From assembly GCA_043228905.1 (NCBI GenBank), contig JBHGNT010000021.1:8928001-8992000 (forward strand): a stretch of 64,000 nt of DNA, given 5' to 3'. The notes under the pieces were generated by a model. The model had not been told where the DNA came from and made no database searches. It worked only from the letters and a program-made list of their open reading frames with translations. This DNA is from Azolla caroliniana (taxonomy: Eukaryota; Plantae; Polypodiophyta). The position numbers and the translations under genes were made by a program. Each line of letters starts with the position of its first letter. Position 1 is the first letter of the stretch. Positions 34,065 through 47,100 of this stretch are shown piece after piece.

Positions 34065-36745
34065 GTATCTAAGCAACTCAAGGACTATTTACGATTGGGT
34101 TACATATGTTATAGTAAATCTCCATGGGGTGCACTAGTTCTCTTAGTTAAAAAGAAAGAGGGCACATGGCGTATGTGTATTAATTACCGACGCTTGAATA
34201 AAGTGACAATCAAGAATTCCTATCCATTATCCCGAGCTGACGATCTAATTGACCGTGTCCAGGGAGCTCGGTATTTTACAAAACTTGATCTCCGTACTGG
34301 CTACCATCGAATTCGTATAAGTGAGGACGATGTTCCAAAAACGGCATTTCGTACGCGCTATGGCCATTATGAGTTTTTGGTTATGCCTTTTGGTTTGACC
34401 AATGCTTCGGCTACATTTTAACAAGAAATGAATGACATTTTCTGAGAACAACTTGGAAAATTTGTCGTTATTTTCTTGGATGATATTTTAGTTTATAGCC
34501 GTACATTACAAGAACATGCTAAACAAGTCCGCTTTGTTTTACAAACATTGCGTGACAAACAGTTTTATGCGAAGATCTCAAAATGTGAGTTCTTCAAGAA
34601 ATCAATTACTTATCTTGGACATCTCATAACCGAACGAGGAGTTGAAATTGATCCTTCTCGCATCGAGAAAATCAAGCTTTGCCCCACTCTTCGGAATATT
34701 CGAGAAGTTCGATAATTCCTTGGTTTTGTCGTGTTTTTGCGAAAATCCCTTCATAATTACTCCCAATTGACGACGCCGTTTACTGATATTCTAAAAGGTC
34801 AAACACGTAAGTCTACAAAACCTATTGTCTGGAATGCTACACTAGACCTCGCCTTTAAGGAACTCAAGGACTTGGTGTGGAAGGCTCCTTCTCTTCTTTT
34901 ACCTGATCCTTCAAAACCTTTTGAGGTTGAAACCGATGCAAGCGATTATGCTATAGGTGCTGTCTTATATCAAGATGGTAAACCAATAACATTCGAGAGT
35001 AAGAAACTTGATTCTGCTCAATGTCGGTATACCATTCAAGAAAGCTCAAAACATGGCGCCATTATCTTTATGGAAATCGCTTTGTGGTAACTACGGACCA
35101 CGAGTCCTTGAAATATTTTTGTGACCGACAAGACCTAAAAGATCGTAAGGCATGATGGGCTGATCTCATCCAGGACTTTGATTTTTCCATACGATATCGT
35201 AAAGGTTCCATGAATATTGTCGCTGATGCACTAAGTCGCATCCGTGAAGTTAACATGCTTAGCTTCACTGAAATAACATCGGATCTTTATGATCACCTTT
35301 GAGGAAAGTATCTTGATGACAGTTATTTTGCAGAATACTGAGCAAGAGTTGAGTCTGGAACAGACACCACCACATCCTCGAAGGAATACTTCCACATTGC
35401 TAACGGTCTGCTCTACCATAATGGGAAGGTTTGTGTTCCAAATTTACCCGAGGTCAAAAAGAGGATTCTTTTTTAATGCCATGATGCACCCTCAGTAAGG
35501 CACCCTGGAATACACTGTACACTCATTCTCATCTCCACTCAATTTTATTGGCCTAAGATGCGCCCTAACATACATAGCTATGTGACTAAATGTCACCAAT
35601 GTCAGGTTAACAAAGCCGAGCAACTTAAAGCCGCAGGACTTTTACATCCCTTGGACATTCCCAATAATAAGTGGGAAAGTATATCCATGGATTTTATTGT
35701 TAGCCCTCCTCGCACCGAAAAAGGCCACAATGCCATATGGGTTGTGGTTGATAGAATAACTAAAATGGCTAGATTTATTGCTACCAAAACCATGGTAACA
35801 ACTCTTGAATTGGCTTACCAGTTCGTTGACGAGTTATTTCGTTTTTATGGGTTACCGATGGATATCATGAGTGATTGAGATCCAAAGTTTACTAGTGACT
35901 TCTGGACGCAAGTCTTTAAGAAATTAGAAACTACATTGAGCATGAGCTCCACAGATCATCCTCAATTCGATGGACAAATAGAACGAGTAAATCAAATTAT
36001 TGAGGATATGGTTCGAGCATACGTTGGTACAAAACCAACAAAATGGGAACGTTATCTCCCAATTTTGGAGTTTTCTTATAACAACTCCAAGCATACATCG
36101 ACGGGATATAGTCCTTTTATGTTGATGTATGGTTTTCAGCCACGAGCCCCAGTTGATGTTAATATACATCATGATGAGTTGCGATGTACGCAAAACTTTC
36201 TTCGGGATATGCAAGATATGTTGCATATTGCATGAGATAATATAAAAACAGCTGAAGATAGAGCGCGTTTTTATGCCGATCATCATAGGCAACCTCGTGT
36301 ATTCAACCCTGGACAGAAGGTATTTTTACGTGTACCTCACAATTCTAAGACATTGTCTAAGGGTAAGTGCGCTAAGTTAGCCCCACGGTTTTGTGGACCT
36401 TTTACAGTCCTCAAACGCATTGGGTCATCAGCCTATTGTCTCGCTCTTCTCGATGGTGTTAAAATTCATCCAGTTTTTCATGTGAGTCGTCTAAAAGAAC
36501 TTCTAGGTTTTGGCAACGATACAGTTACAACTGAAACTCTGGTTACATCATGTACTAGAATTATCTTTTAAACCACATGTACTAGAAATAATTCTCGATG
36601 TTAAAACAAAAACATTATGTACTAAAAAAATCCGAGAATTTAAAATAAAATGGATGGATAAATCAATAAAAGATGCCACATGGGAACGCGAAAATACTCT
36701 CAGAACTAACTTCCCTAACTTTCCATTGCAAGAGTGCAATGTTTT
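34065..36745 (+). pseudogene. pol: Host chromovirus RT-RNase H-integrase-chromodomain (decayed)
   Basis: [60 protein letters not shown] and chromodomain-like EFKIKW..DATWE. Confidence 0.92.
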
Positions 36746-36759
36746 AAAGAGGGGGAGTA

Positions 36760-37207
36760 TATTACAGGAATGACCATATAATATCCCGTGGTGAGAATTT
36801 ACCGTAGTATTCTATACACGTGGATAAGTCTGAGGGTTAAACGAGAAAGTAAAGATGGGGATGATTACTTTTAATCCTTGGGATTGAGACAACCCATTAG
36901 GCCAAGTGTGAACTTGCCTGGGGCCCTTGGGTATCGCTATAAATAAGAGGCCTAGCTATTTCATCTTTCTTTTGACTACGTCGAGACTCTGTTCTTGTGG
37001 TGGGTCAACTCTAGTAGCGAGCGTGCTAGCACCAAGTATGACTCGACGCCACGACGGTGGTATGGGACATTGATCGAGGCTCGAGTCCGTCTTGATGCCT
37101 TCACTCGGGGGTGGTCGGGTGGATCGGCACCCTTCTTTCTCTCTCTCCTTTCTATCTATCATTCTTTTATCCTTATCATATGCTTACATTAGTTCATATC
37201 TCTAATA
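36760..37207 (+). repeat. 3' LTR of host chromovirus
   Basis: Follows the PPT; aligns with 1500-1955 with many substitutions and small indels. Confidence 0.88.
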
Positions 37208-37433
37208 CTCTCTCTTTCATACATCGTCCCGAGTTAGGAGTAAATGTCACCTAATGCTCTCTCATAATCTAGTTGAGGTAGTTGGATCATATGTATACTT
37301 GGGAGTCACTTTCAGTGCTCGCTCAGGTAAATTCTCGATGACCCAGGCAACCAAAGATAGGCTAATGAGAAGGTATGCATCCCTCTCACTCTTAGAGAGA
37401 CAATGCCACCAGGCATACTTTCTAGAGCCACGG

Positions 37434-38153
37434 TGTCATGAGGACTTTTTACCATGTTGGGAAAACCTAAGTGGAATGATTAAAACAAGATGTGGAACGT
37501 AGCACATATACCTATTAAATTCGTAACCTAGGAGTAAATAAGCAAATGTAAAGTGTAAGGTGTTCTACAAAAATTCGTTGAGTGTAAATATAATGATGTG
37601 GACTTGTGTGCACATAGGCACATAGGAAAGGGGAGTACGTGGGGGTACAAATATGATGGGCAATGACATTGAAAGCGTGAGGCGAGAGAGTTAAAGGCCC
37701 ACCGATTTAAGATCATGGGAGTTATTCCCCATTAAAGGAAACCGGATTTGACTCCTCTTTATGTAATTTGCCTCACCCCTTACAACTATAAAAGGGAGTG
37801 AGGGGTCACTTTTGAGGGGCTTCCACTTTTGGGGTTTTCTTTGGGGAGTCACCATTTTGAGGGTTTCAGTTTAGGGTTTCATTCTTCTTCTTCTTTACCT
37901 ATCCGGTTAGGGTTTCTTCTAGGGTTTTGATTTGGCCTACCCGGCCATTGTTGTAATCGTATATTGGATTCTTAATATAGTTTGTTGATGTATCTTGTCT
38001 CTATTTTCTCTACCATACTAACCTCTTATTCTTTCTCCTTTCCTCTTGAGCTCAAAGGTCAAAGGTTAAGCTCCCATTCCCCCTCTACTACCTAGTCCAA
38101 AACCCCTGCGGTCCCGCCTAAGATCCTTCACGTACCCACGGAATTACGCGACA
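37434..38153 (+). mobile_element. Solo LTR (720 bp) of the Trp-primed Ty3 lineage
   Basis: TGTCA...CGACA termini; 4-bp TSD ACGG (37430-37433, 38154-38157); U5 motif CCTAGTCCAAAACCCCTGCGGTCCCGCC shared with A and B. Confidence 0.85.
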
Positions 38154-38203
38154 ACGGACTAAGGGATGGCTCTTCGACTCACTAGTGACCCCTTCCCTCA
38201 TGT

Positions 38204-41200
38204 TGTTGGGATTACGGTCCCTCCGGATGGGATGATCGGATGTCCGGGAATCAGGAATGAAGACCCCGGTTCCGGATCCGGATGATGAAGACCCCGGTTA
38301 CGGAGCCGGATGATGAAGACCCCGGCTACGGAGCCGGATGATGAAGACCCCGGTTACGGAGCCGGATGATGAAGACCCCGGCTACGGAGCCGGATGACGA
38401 ATGTACCCGGAGAGAGATCCGGATGCGGGGACATATTAGTGAATATGTTTGCCAAGGGCCCTTGAGGCTGTATTTGTAAATAGCCCGAAAAGTCATATGT
38501 GTATAAATATGACTTAGGGCAAACAGTTTTGTAGTTGTTGCTCATTTTTTCTGTTTTCCACTTAGAGGGAGCGAAGTGAGAGCAGCCGAGAGAGAGAGTG
38601 AGAGAGAGGGAAAGGAAGAGGTCGACGCCTCTGTGTAATACCGCCGCCTGTGGCGAGGACAGCGAGCTCAAGGTCGTCGCCTTGCAGCTCGCCATTGTAC
38701 ATTCACTGCGTATAGTGATAGTTGGAGTCTTGCACTCCCGTGGTTTTTCCCGTCTAGGGTTTTCCACGTTAAACCCTGCGCGTTCGAGTCTCTCTCTGTG
38801 TTTTTCGATTTTCTGCTGCATTGATCCGTGTTTCCTCGGTTGTGGCCGAGAGGTGAAGGTTTGGAGAGCGACAATCCCCAACAATCTGGTATCAGAGCGA
38901 CTGCAGTGCAGAAAATGGAAGGCGGCAGCAGCGGGCAGCCGGGGATGATAGTGCTGAATGCGCAGAACTACGCCGACTGGAAGATAAAGATGGAGGATCT
39001 GCTCATTGTTCGGGACCTGTATGAACCGATCGACAGGTCGGAAATACCCAAGGGGGTACTTGAGACGGAATGGAGGCTTCTGAACCGGAAAGCCGTTGCA
39101 ACCATTCGGCAATACGTCGACGTGAGCGTTCTACAACATGTGGCGAACGACACTAACGCATATGAGATGTGGCAGAAGCTGTCGGGCCTCTACGAGAGGA
39201 AGAATGCGTTGAACCGGACCTCCCTGATGAGGAAGATAGTGAACCTCAAGTACCAGGACGGCGAGAGTATGGTGGAACACGTAAGCACGTTCATGGGATT
39301 CGTGAACCAGCTTGCGGCGATCAAGTTCCCGTTGGAGGATGCAATGCAAGCCATCATCCTGATGTGTACATTGCCGGCAAGCTGGGAGAACTTGGTGGTG
39401 ACTCTCAGCACCTCCTGCACCAAAGATAACTTGTCTCTACAAACGGTAAAGACAAGCATTTTGAACGAAGAAGCGCGTCGGAGAGATAAAGAACCGGCCT
39501 CCGATCCGAAGATGCTGCTTACCGAATCGGATCGGGGAAGAGAACGGAACCGGAGTCCGCAAAGACGGGAGAAGTCGGGGACCCGGTCGCAGTCAAGAGG
39601 AAGGCCCACATGCTTCCACTGTGGGAAGCCGGGGCACTTCCGAAAGAATTGTCGGCATTACCGAAAAGACAACGGAGCCGACGACACCGATTCGAAGAAG
39701 TCTTCGGAACGGAACGGTGCTTACCGGGGAGCCACTGACCGGAATGGTTCGGATCGGCGAGGGCAGGACCGAAAAGGAACGACGGCACTCGCGGCAAGTG
39801 AAGAGGAGATCATCACCGAAGAAGGTGAACTAAACATTGCCGGCGATGAGACTACCTGGGTGGTCGATTCCGGAGCGTCGTTCCACCTGACCCCGGAAAG
39901 AAGATACTTCTCATCCTACACAGCCGGTGAGCATGGCTGTGTTCGGATGGGAAATGAAGGTACGTGCCGGATTGCCGGCATAGGAGACGTGTGGTTGACA
40001 ACCTCGACCGGATGCAAAATGTTGCTGAAGGATGTCCGACACGTTCCGGAGGTTCGATTGAACCTGATTTCGGCCGGGAGGCTAGACGATGAAGGCTACA
40101 CAGGTAGCATCCGGAACTGCGTAATGAAGTTCAGCAAGGGGAGCCTGATAGTGGCTCGGGCCCGGAAAGTCAACACACTGTACCTTATGAATGCCTGGTT
40201 GTGTCCGGAGGAGTTGAACGTGGCAGCCGACACTGCCGGTGAGCTGTGGCACAAGAGACTGTGCCACATGAGTGAGAAGGGGATGAAGAGGCTTGCAGAA
40301 GACAACCTTATTCCAGTGAAGCATGTGCACCTGGAGAAGTGCACCGATTGCCTGGCCGGTAAGCAGAACCGAACCTCCTTCCACTCAAGGCCACCGACGA
40401 GACGTAGCGCACCATTGGAGTTGGTGCACACTGACGTGTGTCAAGTAGAAACGAAGTCACATGGCGGAGCCCAGTACTTCGTGACATTCATTGATGACCA
40501 CAGCCGGAAGCTGTGGACGGCACCGTTGAAGACAAAGGACCAAGTGTTGTGCGTCTTCAAAGAACTCCACGCGAGAGTGGAAAGGGAATCCGGCAAGAAG
40601 CTGAAAGCGATACGAGCGGATAACAGAGGGGAATACCGGGGGCAGTTCGAGGAGTACTGTCGCTCGAAGGGAATCCGGCTCGAGTTTACTGTGCCGAAGA
40701 CGCCGGAACTGAACGGGCTGGCCGAGAGGATGAACCAGACCATAATGGAGAGGGTCCGGAGTATGCTGGCGCATGCGAAATTACCCAAGGGGTTTTGGGC
40801 TGAGGCAATGTCGACGGCGACATACGTGATAAACAGATCACCCTCAGTACCTTTGGACAGAGACACGCCGCAGAGAGTGTGGACCGGTAGGGAAGTATCC
40901 TACCGGCATCTGAAGGTGTTCGGGTGTCTCGCATATGTGCATGTGGCAAAGGACCGGAGAGGAAAGCTAGATCCAAAGACCCGGCCATGCATATTCCTCG
41001 GTTACGGCGATGACGAGTTTGGCTACCGAGTATGGGACCCGGTCGACAAAAAGATATTCCGGAGTCGTGATATCATCTTCATGGAGGACAAGACACTCGC
41101 CGACTGGGAATCGGAGAAGAAGATGAAGAGCTCCAAGTCGACCGGTGAGGATCAACTCTACGAGGAGCAGTCCCGACCGGCAAGGGACCGGTTAGCACTC

Positions 41201-43672
41201 GAGGATCCGGCCGAAGACGGTGAAGAAACAGAACCGGCCGAGGAAGATGAAACTGATACCGGAACCGGCCCCGATCCCGAAATGGATTCGGATGAAGAGG
41301 AAACGGAGGAGCCAGTTACCGAAGCTCCGGAACGGAGATATCCTCTAAGAGAGAGAAGGGCCCCCCGGAGATTTCCGGAACCAGAGCACGTGCTGCTAAC
41401 CGACGAGGGGGAGCCGGAGAGTTTTGAAGAAGCAAAGCTTGACACTCATAGCCGTAGGTGGTTAAGTGCCATGCAGGAGGAGATGGATTCCCTGCATGAG
41501 AACCACACATATGAACTTGTGGAGTTGCCGAAAGGAAAGCGGGCACTTCGAAACAAGTGGGTGTTCAAGCTGAAACCGGGAGATGCCGGAAACCCCCTGA
41601 GATACAAAGCCAGGATCGTGGTGAAGGGGTTCCAGCAGAAGAAGGGCGTCGACTTCGACGAGATATTTGCCCCGGTAGTGAAGATGACCTCCATCCGGAC
41701 GGTGCTGAGCATAGCGGCAAGCATGGACCTCGAGGTAGAACAAATGGACGTGAAGACGGCATTCCTTCACGGTGACCTCGAAGAAGAGATCTACATGCAG
41801 CAACCGGAAGGATTCGAGGAGAAAGGGAAGGAGCACCTGGTATGCCGGTTGAAGAAGAGCCTTTACGGACTGAAGCAGGCTCCCCGGCAATGGTACCGGA
41901 AGTTCGACTCTTTCATGACCGACGAAGGGTACCACAAAACGCAGTCCGATCACTGCGTGTTTGTGAAGAAGTTCGAAGGAGAAGACTTTCTAATACTCCT
42001 CCTGTACGTGGACGACATGTTGATCGTCGGACGGGACCAGGTCAAGATACGGATGCTGAAGAAAGCACTTCACCGAACCTTCTCAATGAAGGACCTGGGT
42101 CCGTCGAGGCAAATACTAGGGATGCACATCATCCGGGACCGGAAGAAGAAGCAGTTGTGGCTGTCACAGGAGAAGTACGTGACAAAGGTGCTTCACCGGT
42201 TCAACATGTCGGAAGCAAGACCGGTCGGGTCAACCCTCCCGGCAAACTGCAAGTTGTCCAGCAAGCAAAGCCCCAAGACAAAGGCTGAGAAGGAGGACAT
42301 GATGAAAGTACCATATGCCTCTGCCATCGGAAGCTTGATGTACGCAATGGTGTGTACAAGACCGGACATAGGATATGCAGTCGGAGTGGTGAGCCGGTAC
42401 ATGAGCAATCCCGGCAAAGAGCACTGGAACGCGGCCAAGTGGATACTCCGATACCTGAAGGGCACGGCAAACGTGTGCCTCCGATTCGGCTCCGGTAAGC
42501 CCGAACTCGACGGCTTTACCGATTCGGATATGTCGGCTGATGCAGATACCAGCCGGTCCACATCAGGGTATGTGATGACGTATGCAGGGGGAGCTGTTTC
42601 GTGGCAGTCGAGGCTGCAGAAGACGGTTGCGTTGTCAACCACGGAGGCGGAGTACATGGCGGCTGTTGAAGCCGGCAAGGAAATAATATGGATGAAGGAC
42701 TTCATTAGAGAGCTCGGTATTCGGCAGGAGGAGTACCGACTCTACTGCGACAGTCAGAGTGCCATCCACCTTGCGAAGAACGCGGCCTATCACTCCCGGA
42801 CGAAGCACATCCAGCGAAGATATCACTGGATCCGGGAAAGGATAGAAGACCAGGAGTTCGTGCTGACAAAGATCCACACGGACGAGAACGGGTCAGATAT
42901 GCTGACCAAAGTGCTCACACCCGACAAGCTGGAAGCGTGCCGGAAGAGGGTCGGACTGGAAAGACATCCCATGCCGAAGTGAAGGGGGAGTTTGTTGGGA
43001 TTACGGTCCCTCCGGATGGGATGATCGGATGTTCGGGAATCAGGAATGAAGACCCCGGTTCCGGATCCGGATGATGAAGACCCCGGTTACGGAGCCGGAT
43101 GATGAAGACCCCGGCTACGGAGCCGGATGATGAAGACCCCGGTTACGGAGCCGGATGATGAAGACCCCGGCTACGGAGCCGGATGACGAATGTACCCGGA
43201 GAGAGATCCGGATGCGGGGACATATTAGTGAATATGTTTGCCAAGGGCCCTTGAGGCTGTATTTGTAAATAGCCCGAAAAGTCATATGTGTATAAATATG
43301 ACTTAGGGCAAACAGTTTTGTAGTTGTTGCTCATTTTTTCTGTTTTCCACTTAGAGGGAGCGAAGTGAGAGCAGCCGAGAGAGAGAGTGAGAGAGAGGGA
43401 AAGGAAGAGGTCGACGCCTCTGTGTAATACCGCCGCCTGTGGCGAGGACAGCGAGCTCAAGGTCATCGCCTTGCAGCTCGCCATTGTACATTCACTGCAT
43501 ATAGTGATAGTTGGAGTCTTGCACTCCCGTGGTTTTTCCCGTCTAGGGTTTTCCACGTTAAACCCTGCGCGTTCGAGTCTCTCTCTGTGTTTTTCGATTT
43601 TCTGCTGCATTGATCCGTGTTTCCTCGGTTGTGGCCGAGAGGTGAAGGTTTGGAGAGCGACAATCCCCAACA
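38204..43672 (+). mobile_element. Element C: intact Ty1/copia (Tork/TAR, Tnt1/Tto1-like)
   Basis: 680-bp LTRs 38204-38883 and 42993-43672 (~3 differences); PBS TGGTATCAGAGC 38887-38898; PPT GAAGGGGGAG; TSD CATGT; 28-bp tandem repeat in U3. Confidence 0.97.
38915..42982 (+). CDS. Copia gag-pol polyprotein (1355 aa from the first ATG after the PBS)
   Basis: CFHCGKPGHFRKNC; VVDSGAS; WHKRLCH..CTDC; VHTD/RADN/AERMN; YVDD; FTDSD; TKHI; no internal stops. Confidence 0.96.
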   Translation: MEGGSSGQPGMIVLNAQNYADWKIKMEDLLIVRDLYEPIDRSEIPKGVLETEWRLLNRKAVATIRQYVDVSVLQHVANDTNAYEMWQKLSGLYERKNALNRTSLMRKIVNLKYQDGESMVEHVSTFMGFVNQLAAIKFPLEDAMQAIILMCTLPASWENLVVTLSTSCTKDNLSLQTVKTSILNEEARRRDKEPASDPKMLLTESDRGRERNRSPQRREKSGTRSQSRGRPTCFHCGKPGHFRKNCRHYRKDNGADDTDSKKSSERNGAYRGATDRNGSDRRGQDRKGTTALAASEEEIITEEGELNIAGDETTWVVDSGASFHLTPERRYFSSYTAGEHGCVRMGNEGTCRIAGIGDVWLTTSTGCKMLLKDVRHVPEVRLNLISAGRLDDEGYTGSIRNCVMKFSKGSLIVARARKVNTLYLMNAWLCPEELNVAADTAGELWHKRLCHMSEKGMKRLAEDNLIPVKHVHLEKCTDCLAGKQNRTSFHSRPPTRRSAPLELVHTDVCQVETKSHGGAQYFVTFIDDHSRKLWTAPLKTKDQVLCVFKELHARVERESGKKLKAIRADNRGEYRGQFEEYCRSKGIRLEFTVPKTPELNGLAERMNQTIMERVRSMLAHAKLPKGFWAEAMSTATYVINRSPSVPLDRDTPQRVWTGREVSYRHLKVFGCLAYVHVAKDRRGKLDPKTRPCIFLGYGDDEFGYRVWDPVDKKIFRSRDIIFMEDKTLADWESEKKMKSSKSTGEDQLYEEQSRPARDRLALEDPAEDGEETEPAEEDETDTGTGPDPEMDSDEEETEEPVTEAPERRYPLRERRAPRRFPEPEHVLLTDEGEPESFEEAKLDTHSRRWLSAMQEEMDSLHENHTYELVELPKGKRALRNKWVFKLKPGDAGNPLRYKARIVVKGFQQKKGVDFDEIFAPVVKMTSIRTVLSIAASMDLEVEQMDVKTAFLHGDLEEEIYMQQPEGFEEKGKEHLVCRLKKSLYGLKQAPRQWYRKFDSFMTDEGYHKTQSDHCVFVKKFEGEDFLILLLYVDDMLIVGRDQVKIRMLKKALHRTFSMKDLGPSRQILGMHIIRDRKKKQLWLSQEKYVTKVLHRFNMSEARPVGSTLPANCKLSSKQSPKTKAEKEDMMKVPYASAIGSLMYAMVCTRPDIGYAVGVVSRYMSNPGKEHWNAAKWILRYLKGTANVCLRFGSGKPELDGFTDSDMSADADTSRSTSGYVMTYAGGAVSWQSRLQKTVALSTTEAEYMAAVEAGKEIIWMKDFIRELGIRQEEYRLYCDSQSAIHLAKNAAYHSRTKHIQRRYHWIRERIEDQEFVLTKIHTDENGSDMLTKVLTPDKLEACRKRVGLERHPMPK

Positions 43673-44182
43673 CATGTATGCATCAATAGTATGGGCTCCA
43701 GGTCTACCATCTTTCATGTGGACGCAATTAGAGAGACCTTTGGTGACGATGTTATCACGTCAACTCCGAAGCAAATTGACAGTACCACATGACATTATTA
43801 GAGCAGAGTTCAGTCTGCCCCCGATGTTAGTAGAAGCACTGTTTCAAGTGGTAGTTTTTATTCATCGGATACATAGCCAACCACAAGATAGGATATCCCG
43901 TCGAGCCTTTGAGGCATCCTGATCCCTACATGTGTCTGGAGACACTAGCTCTTGGTATAGTACTGTGGTGAGTTGGTTACTTGCAAACGACATAGACATT
44001 AATAACCTACCCCCCCTTAAGTACAACCATGGGACTGATCAAACTCTAATATCTCATGAAGACCGTAATAAAGTGCTACGCCAAGAAATATGGCAAATTT
44101 ACACTCGATATAAATGGATCACCCCACTAGAGCCACTCCCATCTAAAATGTTATACTATAAGGAACACTTCTTGCACTTCTC

Positions 44183-47100
44183 TTGATTCTTTACATGGTA
44201 TCAGAGCGATTTGGTAGCTCGATCTAGCCCATTCGCCTCATCATGATCGTGTGTTGTGCTCCACGCCGATGACCAAGAACCGGCTCATCGCTATCATAGC
44301 TTCGCTACATAGCTCGCATTCGAAGGAAGAAGAAGAAGAAGAATCGACATAATGAATACTCAAATGGGGAGCGCTCTCCCTACCGAGAAGTTGGATCGAA
44401 ACAACTTCGCATCTTGGGAGTACAAGATGCACCAATACCTTGTCGGACAAGGCTATTGGAGCTACATCAAAGGAGCGCATGAAGACTGACCCGCCGAAGT
44501 GGCTCCTGCATACGCGACATGGGAGCAAGCCCCGTGATGTATTGCTTGGCGACGTGTGTTCATGATCACATGCTCGGCTACATTCGCGAAGCCAAGACGC
44601 CGAAGGAAGCGTGGGAAAATCTACAAAAGATTTTCGCCGCCAACACGATCGCGAGGAAGCTTCAACTCCGCCAAGAGTTGAACAACATTCAACAAAGGGA
44701 CATGTCCATCACGACATACACCTTGAAGATCAAGGAGCTTTGTGACTCGCTCGGCCCAATAAGCGTAAGTATAGATGATGATGAGATGGTGCAAATATGC
44801 CTCGGCAGCCTCGCACCACGGTTTGGCGCGATGCGAACCGCCATTCTAGCACGGGAGAAATCTCCCTCCTTGGAGCTCCAATCAATGCTATTGGTCTAAG
44901 AAAACCACGTGCGTACAAGGAGCAATGAATTGGAAGGTCACATGCTCTACACGCACTCTAATGGAGGAAGAGGAAGCGAACGAGCGAGAGGCCGATTCGG
45001 CCAAGGACAAGGCGGACGAGGTCCGACCTACGACAACAACTCCCAATTTCGGCTGCAAAACGGAGGCCAACGAGGAACCTTCGCAAGAAGGGGGAGCTTC
45101 CAGTCCGGCCCGAGCCATCAAAATGCAACCGAATGTGGATATTGCGGAAAGCTCGGCCACCACGAAGAAGAGTGCCGAAAGAAGATGCGTGAATCGGCTT
45201 CCACAAGCCGACAACTCACGAATTACGCACACAACTCCGACTATGAAGATTGTGGCGGAATGTATGCACACAACTCCGACCGTGGCGAAATGTATGGGCA
45301 CAACTCCGACTACGAAGATCGTGGCGGAATGTACGCATACAACTCCGACCGTGGCGGAATGTTCATGATGAAACATAGAGCAAACTCTATGTCGGCCTCT
45401 ACCTCAACTAGTGCCCTCAATCTGGAGGACGTATGGTTTGTTGACTCCGGAGCCTCAAACCATATGACATCCCATAAAGAATGGTTGCTCGAACTTTGAG
45501 AGCCAGAGCGACCCGGTTATGTCGAAACCGGAGATGACACTACGCACCCGATTCAACACATCGGCAATATTCTGTTCGGAAAAGAAGGTAAGCAAAATTA
45601 CATTAAAAATGTCTTGCATGTCCCGACCATTACAAAGAATTTGGTCTCTGTCGACCAAATTGTAGAGCAAGGGATGCAAGTTCGATTTAATCAAGGCGGT
45701 TGCTTCATCGAAAAAGAGGGCCGACTCATCGCACGCGGATGAAGAGAGGGCCGGATGTTCATTCTCGATTCACGCAAGATGAAATCCGCCATGTTCGCGA
45801 AAAACACGAAAGCTGACTCCGACATAGAGCTATGGCACAAGCGAATCGGCCACATCAATCTCAACAAACTCAAAGCAATGAAATCAAAAGGAGTCGTCAT
45901 CGAACTCCTGACATTCAAAGAGAAGGAGATTGAAGGTGTATGTGAAGCGTGCCAATTCGGCAAGCAACACCGACACCCATTCCCGAAACAGCGGAATGTG
46001 AGCAAAGGTCTACTCGACGTAGTCCATTCCGACGTATGGGGACCAGCGCAGACAGCCACATTCGGCGGATGCCGATATTACGTGCTCTTCATCGACGACT
46101 TCTCTAGGCACACTCGGATCTACCCGATGCGGGAAAAGAGCGAAGTGTTCGGACACTTCCAAAATTTCAAGAATGAAGTTGAGAAAGCCAGGGGTCGACA
46201 TGTACGATGCCTTTGATCGGATGGCGGCAAGGAGTACTTCTTGGACGATTTCACGGCGTATCTCCGAAAGGAAGGAATTCGGCGAGAATTCACTTACCGA
46301 CACACTCCGCAACAAAACGGAGTAGCCGAGCGCAAAAATCGGCACATCCTCGAAGTAGCGTGGGCCATGATGAACGAGAAGCATATGCCCAAGTCGTATT
46401 GGGCCGAAGCTGCAAATACGGACGTCTACCTAATAAATCGGTGCACAACATCCGGCGTGGACGAGGTCACTCCACACGAAAAGTACTTCGGAAAGAAGCC
46501 GGACTTATCGCACATCCGGATATTCGACGCGATAGCGTACGTGCACATCCCCGACGAGAAGCGTCAAAAGCTTGACCCGAAGTTGGAGAAATGTATCCTC
46601 ATAGGATACTCATTGGAGCAAAAGGGGTACAAGTGCTACAACTCCTCAACTCGAAAATCTCGAGTAAGTCGAGACGTCGTTTTTGACGAGTCCGCATCCT
46701 GGTATGCACCAGAGACAACTCCGACTCCGACTCCGCTCGACCCAGAATTCGCCGAACAAGAGATCGAGGATGAAGATCGCCTTATGCGCATATTCGAAGA
46801 AAGTCCGATCACGACCCGATTGAGCAGATCACAAGAGCCTTTGAGTTATCAAAGCACATCACGGCCTAGCCCGAAGATGGACAAAGGCAAGGCGAAAATG
46901 TCGGAATACGAAGACGATCGCTTCAACGACGATGAGTCGACTCACTCACTCGACAGTGAGTTCGGCGGTTTCGAGGTACCAATCGGAGCTAAGAAAGCCC
47001 TCATCTCTGCAAATGAAAAGCTTCGCCGATCCACTCGTGAAAAGAACCCCGTAAGCCGATTCGGCTACAACGATTATATGGCGTACCATTACGCCTTTAT

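Larger units (their letters stand above)
1500..37207 (+). mobile_element. Decayed Ty3/gypsy chromovirus (host element, ~7.0 kb after removing six nested insertions)
   Basis: Matching LTRs; Met-i PBS at 1958; PPT AAAGAGGGGGAG at 36746-36757; gag-PR-RT-RH-INT-chromodomain remnants in order and continuous across the insertions; approximate TSD CTCTA/CTCTC inside a CT microsatellite. Confidence 0.88.
37254..44186 (+). mobile_element. Non-LTR (LINE) ORF2 remnant, RT C-terminal region, in three pieces (37254-37433, 38158-38203, 43678-44186)
   Basis: VEVVGSYVYLGVTF (YxYLG motif); the frame continues across both insertions: FLEPR|TKGWLFDSLVTPSLM|YASIVWAPG...IIRAEF. Confidence 0.75.
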
